The position numbers were made by a program, and so were the translations under genes. From NCBI GenBank assembly GCA_951406725.2, contig OX597818.1, forward strand, positions 22,258,001 to 22,322,000: a stretch of 64,000 nt of DNA. Direction: 5' to 3'. The DNA is from Octopus vulgaris (Eukaryota). Below, one piece after another: positions 25,321-40,295 of this stretch; within the stretch, counting starts at the first letter, position 1, and every line of letters starts with the position of its first letter. The notes under the pieces are model-generated. The model was not told the origin of the DNA. It worked only from the letters and a program-made list of their open reading frames with translations, and did no database searches.

Positions 25321-25339
25321 GATATTAACATATTAGTTT

Positions 25340-25524
25340 CTCATGCATATATACTTACATACATACATACACACACACACATAACTTCTTGCAAACAAAA
25401 AAGTCAAGCAATTACATTTTTAAAAATTGAACACACACACATGCATGCATGTATGTATATTCAATTAAAAAAAGTAATTGCTTCACTTTTTGTTGTTTAG
25501 AAGTTATAATATAGAATAATGATA

Positions 25525-25563
<39 letters not shown>

Positions 25564-25638
25564 CATGTTCATACACATACAGACACATTTATGTATGAGT
25601 CTGTCTGTCTATATATATTAGACACACATATACATGAT

Positions 25639-25682
<44 letters not shown>

Positions 25683-25900
25683 TATACAGACGCATATATA
25701 TATACACATCCATACATTTATGTATTTGTGAGTCTGTCTCTTTCTCTCTCCACACACATATACATAATACATAAATATATACACACACACACATATGTAT
25801 ATATATTCACATATATATATAGAAGCATGCTCACACACCCGTATATATATAATACGTATACATACATGTGTGTGCGTGTGTACGGTAGACATAAATGCAT
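25340..25900. repeat. compound TA/CA microsatellite field
   Basis: Directly visible. Confidence 0.9.
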
Positions 25901-27059
25901 AACAAAAATAAATCAATGTTTCCCATCATGCAATGCTTACCTCCCCTTCCCCCGATGACTCGTGCGTTTCTTATCAGTCTTCCAAATCTAGCGAAAAAGG
26001 AAGGCTAGAATTATTTTAAACGCACTTTGCAAAATTAAGTAGCTTATTTCATTTTTATTTTCAATTAAAGAGATTTAATTGTTCTTCATTCACCTTCTGT
26101 TATAAAAATTATGTGATCCTTTAATTTGTTTTCCTTTTGTCATTAATCAATATTTTACCTCACGAAATATATGAATTGAATCAATCACTTTGAAATTTTT
26201 CTGTATTTCGGTGTAAATATACACATGAATATTAGCCTTGGTGACTTTTAAAAATGCAAAGAATAAGATGAATCTCTAAAATTTTAATTTTCGTATTTAA
26301 CTACTAATATATTTAACATTAAAACAAAAATAAAATCTCAGAAGGAACCGATACAAACAAAAAACAAAAGGGAAATTCGGAAGTTCACACGAAATAAAAA
26401 GATTATGATCAGCTACTGATTTCTCACACAGACACTTTATTATAGGTTTTGATAGAGAGAACAGTAGTACTTGAATGGTATTTATTTAATCGATCTTAGA
26501 ATGGACAGACAATTTCCAACCAAGCAAAACCCAAATTCAGAGGGACATAACTATCAGATCACAACGCGTTTTGACCCTTCTTCTACCGATACAGCTATCC
26601 ACTCTGTGTTTCAGACATTAATAATAATCACTAGAATTCAGATAGATGTGGTAGGTCTGAGTCGGCAAAATTATGGTAGAAAATAAAAATCACACAATGA
26701 CATTGTTGTTTAGCACAGCTCCAGAATAGTACTGGCTCAGTAAACTGAAGATGAAATCGTTTCAACGATTATCACGTTTTTTCTAGTGCTTCTAGAACTA
26801 CATGTTTTTATTTTTTCTTCGAGACAGTCAGGTGTGATTTAAGGGAGTATTAATTAGTTACTATTTCTAACAGGTCAAGTGATAGTGTAGAACCGTTATG
26901 TTAGTTAACTGTTGTCAAGAGAAAGAATAATAAATGATTTAACGGGGCCATTAACTGAATAATATTTTACGCTATCAGTTTGATTACCCTCTTCGATGGT
27001 GAGAAGAAAAAATTAAATAAATGTTACTCGGGTTTCTATTGCTGGAGGTATTTTTTCAG

Positions 27060-27255
27060 CTTTGACCGTCCTAGCTCGTAACTGCGCACGCGCATCTCTG
27101 TCAAATCTATCGGTTGCTTTGCTTTACCCTCCTCCTCTCCTCCACCACTCAGCAACCACCCTTAGTCGCCTTTAATTGAAGTCAGTGCTCGCTTGATGCT
27201 TGTGTTTTGTTATGAACTGACCATCTTTTGTTTTAAAACAAATTATACGGTAGGT
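27060..27255 (+). promoter_or_regulatory. candidate promoter and non-coding first exon of a plus-strand gene
   Basis: NRF1-type palindrome TGCGCACGCGCA 27083-27094, pyrimidine-rich stretch downstream, donor ACG|GTAGGT at 27249/27250. Confidence 0.55.
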
Positions 27256-27570
27256 ATATATAACATATATATATATATATATACACTCACACATATGCAT
27301 ATATTTATAACAGTAATCTTTTTTATCTATCTATTATTGCAGTTAATTTTTATTATCTATTTCTTGTGTCCTTTCTTTCACATTTTCTTTAATTTAAATA
27401 TATAGTTGATGTTATTGTTGATGTTTGATTCAATTAACCCTTAGCATACACATTTCTCTGTTCCCCATGAGTACCCTAAATTTAAAAAGAGTAAATACTA
27501 AGATTGATATATATATATATGCACATACTGATTCGTTTGCCACATAACACCCATCACACACACTATCTAT

Positions 27571-27611
<41 letters not shown>

Positions 27612-28349
27612 CACATATACACTTTCATCATATATGTCTCTCCACCCGATTTCGCCTGTGGTCATCATTTGTCTATTGTAATGTTAGGGTTTTTCATCGT
27701 TATGTCGGGTATAGAGAGTAGCTTGTATTATTTGTATGTGGCGTGTGTGTGTGATGGAGTAGCAGGGAATTAACGGGAATCCTTAGTAAAGTTGATCCCT
27801 ATATTCTTTGATGACCACTCCACTGTATTTTTTAAAAATGGTTTTTATTATTTTGTTTCCATCTTTTTAGAGAATGTGTATAGCCACAGTCAGTATTCAA
27901 CTGGGAGTTTAAATGATTTTTATACGGTCCCTTATTTTATAGTCAGCTTGTTTAAAGAAGAAAGAAGGGTACTGTGGGGGTGGGTGGTTGATGGTTTGAA
28001 GGAGAGAAAGAAAAGTAGCATTATTCTTTCGAACGCTAATATTACTGTTGTTGGCCTTGTGCATATAGTAGAAAGATTATTATTATTATTATTATTATTG
28101 TTGTTGTTCTGTCTATCACGTTCGGCAGTTCTGTGTTAATGATGAAATTTTGTTATCAATATATTTTATCAATCATTAGTTCTATTTTAATCTTTGTTTA
28201 ACTATTTGACCAAAATCCACATACAAACAATAAATTTTGATAAGTATAACTATCATTCGCCACAAGAGATACGAAGAGACTACCCATGATATAATATTCC
28301 AGATAAATTACAATACGATGCAAATAAACGAAGATATATTGGTTTTATG

Positions 28350-28387
<38 letters not shown>

Positions 28388-28859
28388 ACTAGAAATATAT
28401 ATATATAATGTGTGTGTGTTTGCACGCTGAATAATATTAATAATCTCTCCCACTTGTTTCTTAAACTGGTGGGTGGAGAAACAGTTCAGTTTTTGTTTAT
28501 CAATTTGATCTGAAGTCTCCGTTCACATTTTTTATTGGATGGGGGTGGTGGTGTGAATATCATCTTTCTTCCGTCAACTCTTCCTCTGCTCGGTTTTATT
28601 TTCTTCTTTCCCTTGAGCTTAATATACATAGTATTAATTTCACCCACTATGTAAATACCTGTATGAAATTCATTTAACGTATTTTACCATTTTTTTAATC
28701 TATAAATGAAGATTTGTGGCCTTGCAAACTGAGACTGTTACTGCTTCAGTTTCTATTTGGAGCCATTTCACCCCGCTACTTATTATGCCTTTTGAGAAAT
28801 GCATGAACATCACCACATCCTAATTACCTTTGCCTATCTATCTATCCTGAATGTTAATA

Positions 28860-31240
28860 TTATTGTTTGTGTGGCAAATATTAGAAGGCTTGACTAAATT
28901 TCAATTTTATGTTCCGTGTTCAAATCCCTAAGAGTTGTCTTTTTCGTCGCTATGGTGGTAGGTGATAATAAGTACTTATGTACTAGTTCGATTCAATCGT
29001 CTATACATACTCAACTTCTGTGAGTACAGTGAGGCCGCTCGACTAGCTAGAAATAGCAGCCCAGTTCTTACAAATCACACCATACTTTCTTTAAAAGAAA
29101 GAAAAAAAAGGGAAGCACACACTGACTGATACAGAAAATGAGGGATGATCATGGAATGCTTTTGGTGAAAGGTTTGTTCACCCAAAGCTAACCTGGGACT
29201 AGAAAAAGAAGAAAAAAAGAAAGAAAAAACACGTCACATCATTAGTTTTGAGTTCAAATACTGCTAATGTCAACTTTGCCTTTTATTCTTTCGATATGAT
29301 CCCATCCCCCAAATTTGAGGTCTTGTGTTCAGAAATGATGGCTTATAGACGGTAAATTTGCAGAATTGATAGTGTCATATAAAATACCTAGCCTTATTTA
29401 ATGACATCTCGTTACATTCTGAGTTCAAACCATGTGGTAATACCTAAAGTTTTAGGTAAGAACTCGGGATGGTGGCGGTGTGATAACCCACTCCAGAATT
29501 CGAATGTTCCGTTTCCATAATTCCTCATATCAAGGCCATGTCTCTGTAAAAAGAAAATAAATGCTCAACCCCCCACCCCCAACTGACCGATACTAACATC
29601 CTATTTTCCATTCCCTCTTGAAAACAGACCGAACACCTCAAGAATCGTCAAAGTGTATTTTAGCTTCGGCCCTATACATTCTCCTTTCATCTTGCCGGTG
29701 TGAATAAATTAAGTACCAGAAACATACTGATGTCAGTATAATCAACTGTTGTTTATTATAGCTGCTAGGAAAAAAAAAAAGACGAAGAAAGAAACCCACC
29801 CGACCCGGGTTGACTTTTGACCCCGGAGTGTGTAAATTAATAAGTTCCAGCTATTGTTGTGTAAACCCAAGTTAGCGTTGATTTAGCAAACCTATATTGC
29901 TAGATTTCATCTGTTGCCTAATTTGACACCAATACCTGGCCCTTGGGTACCTTTACTGGAGTACACTCTGTTACAGGATTCGGCCCAGCTTTCTGGTCTG
30001 AATACAATTTCCTCCTTTTCTCTAATCCATCCTGGAGGATCTGAAAAAGGTCACAGGCGCTGTCTTTCCCTCTCATTACAACAGTTAATAATGGTTTCAA
30101 ATTTTGACACAAGGCCAGCAATTTTTGGAGAGGAATAAGTCAATTACATCGTTCCCAGTGTTCAACTGGTACTTATTTTATAGACCCCGAAAGGATGAAA
30201 GGCAAAAATCGATCTCAACGGAAACTGAACTCGGAACGTAAAGACGAACGAAATACCGCTAAGCACCTTGCCCGGCGTGCTAACGATTCTGCCAGCTAAC
30301 CGACTTATTACAACAATTAATAATACTTTCAAATTTTTGCACAAGGCCAGCAATTTCGGAGGATGTGCTAAGTCGATACTTATTTTATCAACCTCAGAAG
30401 GAGGAAAGACAAAGTCGACCACGACTGTATTTGAACTCAGGATGCAAAACCGGAAGAAATGCCGTTAACTTAACATGTGAACGATTCTGCCGTATTAATG
30501 ATAAATGCATTCTAGTCATGGCTGTCGTAGGATAATATACTCCGAACTTTATATAATGTATCCTTTTTAGTCAACGTTCTTTACATTCAAATCTTGCCAG
30601 TATCGTTAAGTTAATCGGTTGTTCTCAGCATATTCAAGATGTTTATAGGGGGAAATCATTAACATCTTAATATCTCCCTTCTCATTCATGATGACAATGG
30701 TTACGTTTAGCTCTAGATCAGCTTTGAAGCAAACCCTCCATTAAGGGCATTCAGACGCGATCATCTAATCTATTTTTGTTTTTGAGCTTCGGCTACATTA
30801 TCCAATGTGTTCTCTCTTTATATTGAGACACAAATGTGATTTCAAAGAGGTTTGGTTGTTATTTCCACATTAAATTGTACCTATATAAGAAAGAGGGTGG
30901 CAACAAAATGGTTTAGAATTGAGGTGTTCGTTCAAGTCAACGACTCCGCGTTCTCGTTTTCAAAATACATCCAGGATTGATAAAGTAAAGTACCAATTTA
31001 TACTGGCAATGGTGAAGGGAAGGTTTATCACTTCTGTTTTAATAATTATTTGCTGTGGCTTGGCAGAGTTGTTAGTGTCGGACAAAATTAAATGTGATAT
31101 TGAGTTCAAATCCCATCGAGGTGAACTTTGCATTTTATCTTTTTGGGATCGATAAAATAAATTAGCAGTCAGATACAGGTATCGATTTAATCGACAATAC
31201 CTTCACCCCCAAATTCGTGCCAGTATTAGATATCAATGAT
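28860..31240. mobile_element. cluster of SINE family A copies (clear minus copy 30090-30305) and other short repeats
   Basis: Same SINE motifs, CpGs largely intact. Confidence 0.75.
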
Positions 31241-31497
31241 TATTTCTTTGTCGTAGTGAGATTGTGGTGCGTTTAAAACCTTGCTCTTCTTTTCTGTTAA
31301 AAAGAATATGAAGCCCTGTGTGAATAGACTCTAACTCTTAGTTTCAAATCTCGATTGAAGATCCATCCCTTATTTTTGCCCTGATAATGCCTTTGGGGAA
31401 AATATCAACAACTCTTTTTTTCTTATTCCCACCTCTGTAAATTATTTTTATATATATAAAAAAAATGCATTGCTTACTCTAGTTGTTTTTAACCTAG

Positions 31498-31974
31498 GGT
31501 ACATTTACACTGACGTGGTGTGAGAAGATGCCAAACAATCTGTTATGTTTTGTTGACGCACACAGTTTTAGTTCCTTTGACATCTGCTGGTTGTTCAACA
31601 TAGAATCCAGATCTCTCTTATCACCAAAATAGCACATTTTTGAAGGATAATTGAGCAAAAACAGCAACAGCCAGCGCATTAAATGATCTTATGAATAACT
31701 TTGATTTGTTAAGCCTTCATTATTAAGGGGTGCGATAATGATTTTGAAATCGCGGGTGCAAAATATGGAAGAAGATTGAAGACAGCAACCATGTCCTTTT
31801 TTGCAGTGACTCAGAGACTGATGAGAGAATTGGAGAAAGAAACTGTTTTATCGGTTATCCTCAGACTTGTGATATGGTCTTAATACTTGCAACAGCGTAG
31901 ACTCTGCTAAAGTCACTCAAAGGACAGGGTTAGGGTTTTAAACCAAGCGTTGGATTAAACGTAAAGAACATTAG
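31498..31974 (+). other. candidate non-coding (5' UTR) exon with uORFs
   Basis: Acceptor gttgtttttaacctag|G, donor TAG|GTAAGC; unique sequence; no ATG-initiated frame open to the donor. Confidence 0.4.
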
Positions 31975-32994
31975 GTAAGCTTAGGGTTCACGACTCTGGT
32001 TTTGATTTGCATATCAAAACAATTCCAGTTTAAATTATTGCTGTTAATATTCATCCAGTTTAAGGCATGAACGTCTCCACTGCCTCTCGTTTCTTTTATC
32101 CTGTCTTATGTACACGGTATCTTAAAAATGCGGGTGGAAAGTCATGTGTCAGAAGAGATAAACATTCTCAGCGGTTTGGTTTCGCTTCCCAGTTGCAACC
32201 TATGTCAGCACCCCCCTTTCCATCGCTGGTGTCCTTCAGAATGGCATTACCACAAGTTCCCATTTTAATCTCGTTGTCTAAACAAAGAATTCTATCTTTT
32301 TTTTTCTCCCATGCTAGGACGGTGGGTTGATAATCTTTAAAGCAAAATGCTTTGTGATAGTTTATTCTGGCTCTTTATGTTTAGTTGTTCAAATCCTACT
32401 AAAGTAAGCTTTGCCTTTTATCTTCCCTGGGGCTGATAAAATATAAAACCATTCAAGTATTCGTAGCAATGATATCGACAAACCATTGCTAACATTTCTG
32501 GTCTTGTGCCGATGTTAGAAATTGAGGTGTGCGTGGTAAAGTGGAGATAAACTTTTGGAGATTGTCAAATGAATTTAGGACCTGGTTGCGCTGTACAATT
32601 GAATATATTAGTATCTCACTGCCTATCCAATACAGAATCAAGGTAACTGAGTGGGTGTCATGGCATTTCAAATCCCGCTTTAAAAATCTTTTGAGCTTAA
32701 TTGTGTTGACGAATTTTAGTTTTGTATATACGTAGTCTTCTAAATTCTATGCGTCTTAGTTGACCATTGTTTTCTTTATATATTGGAAGACCTCTCATTT
32801 CAACGTTTCTTAGCTCACCAATATTTTCATCGTGTATAGGGTAGTCCACTCAATTTGATGTCTTAGTTCACTTATGTCTTTTGTATGAACAATGCTTATG
32901 TTATTCATACTATAGGAAAGGAATAAATACTCCAAGATCCATTTTTTATAAATATTGGTACTAGTTATATACAACAGTCAGTTCAACCAATTGT

Positions 32995-33055
32995 GTCATA
33001 CTCCTAAAGAAATCTGTAATCTTGTCATACTCCTAAAGAAATCTGTAGTCTTGTG
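32995..33055. repeat. 29-bp tandem duplication
   Basis: tgtcatactcctaaagaaatctgta(a/g)tct x2. Confidence 0.85.
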
Positions 33056-34971
33056 CTTATGTAAGGAATCATTGATATAATAAATAAAGGACGGTTGGAT
33101 GGCAGAATAGGGGAAATGTCAGATTAACTACCTTACGGTTTTTATTTCCGCCCCTCCACACTGTGTTTTCAAATCCCGCCGAGTTGACTTCGCCTTTCAC
33201 CTCTTTGAAATCGATAAATTGACTTGAGTGGTATTTGGCATCGATTAAATCGACTAGACACACTCCTTCTTTACAGATTTGTGGCCTTGTGCCAAAGTTG
33301 ACGGTCGATGACAGAATCAGAAAAGCAGTATTTAGTTATGTCCATTTATGTTGTGCGTTCAAATCTCAGCTAGGTTTACTTTGCTCTTTATCCAACTCAT
33401 TGGGATTGATGGATTGCTGAGGATACGTCTGAATCAGTCGACTAAATCTCATTCCCTGTTCATTGTTTCCAGCAGTATCTTAATATGTTTGAAAAATAAG
33501 CCTACTGTTATTATTTCGTGGCCATATTGCTAGCATATATACATGTACCTACACAGAGAGAAAGCCAAAGATTGGAAAATCAGATAACATTATTTCTACG
33601 CTGATTTTCCCCCACTGCGCGTGTGTGTATTTAGTCTGGTCTGGACTTTATTTATTTGTCTGTCTCTCCTTCTCTCTGCTCTGTTTCATGAGCAGCCCAC
33701 ACCTCACGTTCCACGTTCCCTCCTCCGCTGAACTCATGTCTGACCTCAGTTTAGTGGACTCTCTGACTCTAATCTAAAACTACTACTACTACTACTACCA
33801 CCACCACCACTACCACCTTCTGATGTAGACGGTATCTTCATGAAAAATCGAATGTCTAGACATCCCTCAAAAATACACCGCCCTCCCCTTAACCACATAA
33901 GCACAACACATTAACACCGTACGTTTTAACTATATTTACATGCAAAGAAAAACAAAGGTAAATGCACGCATTCATAGCCACAGAAACACACACATATACA
34001 CACATGCGTGTGTGATACAACGAACATCTTTCGATGAAAGGAAAGAATGATCGGAGTAGGCATATATATGGATGATTTGTGCGTGTCTTTCCTTTTCAAC
34101 GTTATAGATTTCTCTATTTAAGTATATGTATATGTATGTGTAGATATGTCGACGTAGATCATTGTGTGTCTCAATACATGCATCCGTATAGTTGTGTGTG
34201 TGTTGAGAGAAAATGAAGGAGACGGTTGAGGGGAGCAGTGAGTGGGAAAAGAGGAGCTCTGTACGTGTGTATGTATATATCCTGAAATGTACACACACAT
34301 ATATATATTTATATATACGTATGTATGCTTATACACACACACACACACGTGTGTGTGTGTGTGTGTGATCGTTATCTCTTAATGTCTCTTCCTGTACCTG
34401 GTTGGTTGGTATAACTCCGGTTATCATCATCATCAACAACGTCATCGTAGTCGTCGCTATTATTCAGAAGGTAGCCTGATAGATATGTCGATAACAGCCT
34501 AGCTCATCTCTCATGCACAGTGTGTTTTATCTGTTTATCTGTAAAACTACTAGTCAGCATACACATTCTGTCTGTCTTTCTCAGTCTGTCTATTTTGCCT
34601 ACCTATCGCACTATCTCTCACTTTCTCCTTTATTCTTTTTTCTCTCTCTCACTCACACACACACACACACATATATAAACTTCTATAACCAATACAAATT
34701 TGAGTGTGTATACAAACATACATTTTCCTCTATCCAACCACCCCTCAGTTATTCAGTGTGTCTATCTTTATATCTGTCTAACAGTCTATATCTCCCTCTC
34801 TCTTGCCTTATCTCAACTTCAACACCCTGCCTACATTACATTGCTTACACACACTATCTCTCTTGGCCTTAGTCAGGCAGTCTGTTTATCTATCTATCTA
34901 TAGCACTCACCCTCCTCTACTTCTATCAGGCTTTATCTCGACTTCGTTACTCAATATAATGGTGGAAGAGA

Positions 34972-35016
<45 letters not shown>

Positions 35017-35789
35017 TACACACAGGCACATATGTGTATAGACATTCACATATACACTGTCACCCGACCAGTGATATAAATCTGGCTATCCACCCCTTCT
35101 CTCTTGCCAGTTTTATCTCTATTCCAATACCTGATATAACGCTAGAACGAGGTACATACGCATTTACACATACTCACACACATACACATTCAGTCCCACA
35201 CATACACAGTCAAGTGTGTATGGTATGTAGTTTCCTTACCCGATGCAAATTTAGTAATAGCTTTCCACATTGTCTCTAATCTATGCATATCTCACTCTCA
35301 TTATATATATACATACACACACACACGTGTGTGTGTGTGTGTGTGTTTGTGTACACAAACACTGAACAGAAAGGAGAAGCTGAGAGTATAGTGAGGGTGT
35401 TTGGTGTTTATATAAATCTTCCTGTCCTCTTATCTAAAATATGGTAATGTAATGATATATAAATATACATACATTCTTATATACACACACACACACACAC
35501 ACATATATATGAAGATAGATAGGTACTTACATATATACACATGTATCTGTAAATGTGGCTTTGTGGTGAAGATGTTTGCTTCCCAGCCGCAGGGCTTCAG
35601 GTTCAGTTTCAGTGTGTAGCACCTTGTCTTCTACTTTTGGCACCAGGCTGACCAAGCTTTGTTAGTAAATTTGGTAGATGGAAACTGAAAGGAGCCTCTT
35701 TGTGTATGTATGTATAATTTCTAAAACAACTACAAGATGGAAATCCACCTGAAGCTAACTAACCAAAACACCTCTTTGAATTGTCTCAG

Positions 35790-36370
35790 TTTTCCTCATC
35801 ATCATAATTTAATGTCTGTTTTCCATGCTGGTCTGTATTCGACAGTTTCACAGGAGCTGGCTAGCTGGAGAGTTGCACCAGACACTTTTTATATAGTTTC
35901 TTATTTCTTTGTTGCCCACAAGGGGCTAAACATAGAAAGGACAGACAAAAGGATTAAGTCGATTATATCAAGGACGAAAGGCAAAGTCGACCTCAGCGGA
36001 ATTTGAACTCAGAACGTAAAGACAGACGAAATACCGCTAAACATTTCGCCTGGCGTGCTAACGTTTCTGCCAGCTTGCCACCTTTTTTTATATAGTTTCT
36101 ATGAGTGGATACCCTTCCTAATGCCAACCACTTTACAGTGTGTTGGGTACTTTATATGTGCACAGGCAAGGGTGCTTTATACATGGCACCAGCACAGGTG
36201 CTTTCTATGTGACACCAGCACATGTCCTTTCTACATGACACCTACACAGGTTCTTTTTATGACACCGGCACAGTGCCTCTTATATGGCACTGGCACGGAT
36301 GCATTTTATGTGGTGCCTTGGTACCAGCATGGGTGCTTTTTATGTGGCTTTAGCACCTGGAGCTTGCAAG
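35790..36370 (-). mobile_element. RTE-tail element with nested SINE A (35902-36084, 16-bp TSD)
   Basis: TSD tttttatatagtttct at 35886-35901 and 36085-36100; flanks are the reverse complement of the RTE 3' tail. Confidence 0.75.
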
Positions 36371-36869
36371 ACAAGGACCTCTTGACTGAGAGAGGGATTG
36401 GGGGGGGGGAGCATAGCTGTAAAGATCATACCTGTATGTATGCCACTTCTCCCCACTCTCTTTTCTATTTTTCTCCTTTTTTTTTCTCTTTATCTCTCAT
36501 TCTTTTACTCTCTATTTCCTTCCCTGTCTTTTCATCTATTCAGCTTGAAGCATTTGATTTGTATAAACATAATGCAATAAAGTGTTCCCCTGAACTGTTG
36601 TGGTTCAGCATTCAATTGCATTTAGAACATCCATAGCAGAGGATGCAAATAATCACAATAGTGATTTGAGAGTACCATAAAAACATGTCAAGCCATGGGG
36701 GAAATATTACCTTACTTGGGAAATGGGTGAGGGTTGACAACCAGAAGGGAATCCAGCAGTAGAAAATGTCTCAAGGATTCCTGTCTGATCTATGTGAGAA
36801 TGGAAAAGTGGCTGTTAAAACGATGATGATAATGCTATATATATATATATATATACACACACATACATA

Positions 36870-37070
36870 TATTGCATGTGGACTGTTGACGATTTTTCCT
36901 TATTTTTTTTCTTTCCCTTTGGATTTTCCTGTTTCCAAAGAAGAGCTATGTTCAAAATGTTAACAACCCTCTCCTTCACCGAATGTCAAGTTAATATATT
37001 TCTTGCGCACATCCTCATGTTCGTTTTTTTTTTTTTTCCCTTTCTCTCTCTGTTTTTATTGGTTGTTTAT
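36870..37070 (+). mobile_element. possible Penelope-like terminal fragment
   Basis: aaagaagagctatgttcaaaatgtt resembles a decayed CTGAAGA-stem-GAAAC pLTR motif. Confidence 0.3.
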
Positions 37071-37743
37071 CTATATATATATATGTGTGTGTGTAGAAGC
37101 ATCATTTCACAGCCTCCTATGCTGGCTCAGGCTGGACGGTTTGACAGGAGCTAGCAAGTTAGATAACTACAGCATCTACATGCATATGCCCATGTACATA
37201 TATATATATATATTCATTATGAGTGACAGAAGCAGTATTAGTTCAAAATAGCTATCTGGGACTTATGGAATAGTGCAGTGGCATCTTGGTTGGAGGGCTG
37301 GTATAACTTTTGTTTCATGTGTTCATATACATATATAGAAGTAGATGTAGAGATAAGGGAATTAGACAGATCAATATATAAAGTGTAATAAATACATGGA
37401 ATACAAAAAATGTATATATGTATACATAGAAAAAAGTCTAACTTACACAGATTAGCAATGATGTAGAGAATTAAAGAGGTGGAGGTAATGGTATTATGGC
37501 AATCCATAATAATGTTTGTAGATTGATTCCATCATAGGATGAGATGAGCCTCCGTCTTCAAGGAAGAGATCTTATATTTGAGATGTTGAAGGAGGGAAGT
37601 TCAATGATGGAACATACGTACATACATTCATATGTTATAATTCAAGTTGTGTCCTCTTGAAGCACATCTGCTTATTCCAGTAATTCAAAGGTTGTTTGCA
37701 GATGTTTTATTTGTCTGGAAAATATATTTGGCAGAGTAATAAC

Positions 37744-38020
37744 ATATCAAAACAGGGGATTAGAAACAAAAATTTTTTTATATTATTTATTCACCATTAC
37801 ATGTGTTTCATTTGCTTATAGGAGTTACAAAATTGTACATGTAGGTGAAACATGTAAGATATCTCCTATTAGATATTCTTGAAACAAAACAAAGTTGTAT
37901 GTATTCTTTGATTCTCTGTCCTACTTGAACAATTTTGTAACCCTTATTAACAAATGAAGATACATGTAATGGTGAATAAATAATACAAAAATTTTTCTTC
38001 AGTCTCCTGTTTTGAGATAT
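37744..38020. repeat. fold-back element, ~100-bp imperfect inverted arms
   Basis: 37744-37845 vs reverse complement of 37920-38020 (core tattatttattcaccattacatgt). Confidence 0.8.
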
Positions 38021-38402
38021 ATATATATATATAATTCCATTTGCATTATAACCTCAAAGTATACTTTATAAAGCCTGTCCATGAGTATTGGCTATGAGGG
38101 GCTATTATCCAATGAAAATGGATTACTTACGATATATCTGAAGATCTGTAGATATTCATTGAGTTTATATAAACTCCAACAAGGAGAATGGAATGAACAA
38201 TTTGTTTTATAGCATATGTCTACAGTTATTTCATTGACACTTTACCAGAAATTTATTGCTGGAGTATTATTATATAATATACAAAATAATGCATTAAATC
38301 AGTATTATTACAGTGGTGCTGAAAAATATTGACTTTTAAAGTCTATGTATAAATTGATATATATATGTATGTGTGTGTACATACATATGCATATATTTAT
38401 AT

Positions 38403-39845
38403 ATCATAGTCCTCCAGGCAGTAACAGAGGAATTTAAGACAGGTTGCCCCTGGGAAGTCTTCTATGCTGATGACCTGGTCATCATAGAATCACTACCAGA
38501 ACTAGAGAAGAAACTTCAAGTGTGGGAGCAAGGTTTAGAATTGGTGCCTTAGAGTCAATGTTGCAAAGACCAAAGTTCTAGTAAGTAGGAAGGGGAGCAC
38601 ATCATACACTGCTTCAGGTAGTTGGCCCTGCTCGATTTGTAGAAAAGGTGTAGGTAGAAATTCCATAAGATGTACCCAGTGTAAGCTATGGACACATAAG
38701 AGGTGCAGCAACATCAAAGGAAGATTAACCGGGAAGATAGCGTTCACATGCAGCAGATGCACAGGAGCAATAGACACCACAGATGCTCAGAAAACAGACT
38801 CCATCACATGCCAGGAGAAGAAAGTAGAAGTAGTTGATAGCTTCTGCTACCAAGGTGACCATGTCTGTAGTGGGGGTGGATGCTCAGAGTGTTACCACTA
38901 GAATAAGAATAGCTTGGGCAAAGTTCAGAAAGCTTCTACCCCTACTGGTGACAAAGAGTCTCTTGCTCAAAGTGAAAGGTAGATTGTATGATGCATGTGT
39001 GTGAACTGCCATGCTTCACGGAAGACATGCATAGGCTCGAAAGAAATGAAGCTAGCATGATCCGCTGGATGTGTAATGTCAGTGTGCACACATGATAGCG
39101 TAAGCGCCCTGAGAGAAATATTAGACATAAGAACCATCGGATGTGGCATGCAAGAGAGACGTTTGCATTGATATGGTCATGTACTGCAGATGGACGAAGA
39201 GAGCTGTGTGAAGAAATGCCACTCCCAAACAGTGGAGGGGATCCGGGGTAGAGAGAGACCCAGGAAGACATGGGATGAGGTGGTGAAGCATGACCTTCGA
39301 ATGTTGGGCCTCATAGAGGCAATGACAAAATACTGAAACCTCTGGAAGTATACTGTGACTGAGAAGACCCAGCAAATAAAGTGAGTCCACAGCTGTAACC
39401 TATACCAGTGTCACATAACCAGCCCACTCAAAAGTACCTTGGATCATAGGGCAACATTCCATACTTGGGGAGACCTATTGGGTCAAGTACATCAGCAATA
39501 TCAAAATCAAATCAAATGGAAATTGTAGTTGTGAGCCCCGTACCGGAGCACGCAAAAAGCACCATTCAAACGTGGCTGATGCCAGAGCCGCTTTGACTGG
39601 CTTCCATGCCAGTGGCATGTAATAAGCACCATCCGATCATGGTTGATGTCACCTCCTCTGGCCCCTGTTCCAGTGGCACGTAAAAAGCACCCACTACACT
39701 CTTGGAGTGGTTGGCATTAAGAAGGGCATCCAGCTGTAGAAACACTGCCAGATCAGATTGGGACCTGGTGCAGCCTCCTGATTTCCCAGACCCCCAGTCG
39801 AACTGTCCAACCCATGCCAGACAGTAAACAACAATGATGATGATA
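38403..39845 (+). mobile_element. 5'-truncated RTE LINE (same family as 16400-18850)
   Basis: WEVFYADDL, WPCSICRKGVGRNSIRCTQCKLWTHKRCS, same 3' UTR ending in (GAT)n. Confidence 0.9.
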
Positions 39846-39944
39846 TATATGTGTGTGTATGTACATGTTTGTGTGGGTGTACATATATGCATGCATGCAT
39901 GCATGCATACATACATACATACATACATACATACATACATTGTC

Positions 39945-40295
39945 ATTGTCAGCATCAGCTCATCCTTTGAATCTGAGGATTGATTTACCATTGTTTAGGC
40001 CATTAATGCTGGTGGCGGATGTGGCTAATGAGGTTGATCCTTGTGTAGAGCATGTGTTTGAATTGGCCACATGTGAATGTCAAAATTGGTTGTGATTGCT
40101 GCTGCTTTTTGGGCTGCCGTTTTCTCTTCTCTTTTTTCTTTCTCTTTCTTTCAAACAATCTTACATGATTGTTTATGTTTTGCCAGTAGTCGGGAGGACT
40201 GGTTACGGTCACCTCAAAAATCAGGGGGTCGAAGCTAGTCTGCTTGAGAATTGACTTTGGTTGATTTTTGTGTGTATTTCTTATACACACATGCT
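39945..40295 (-). mobile_element. 3' end of a BovB-like RTE LINE
   Basis: ORF 40003-40290 ends FERKRKKKEKRKR...FTCGQF...RINLISHIRHQH, like the C-terminal zinc finger of RTE ORFs. Confidence 0.65.

Noticed and set aside
36055-36636. 193-aa ORF
   Set aside because: Spans SINE, antisense RTE tail and a CT-rich tract
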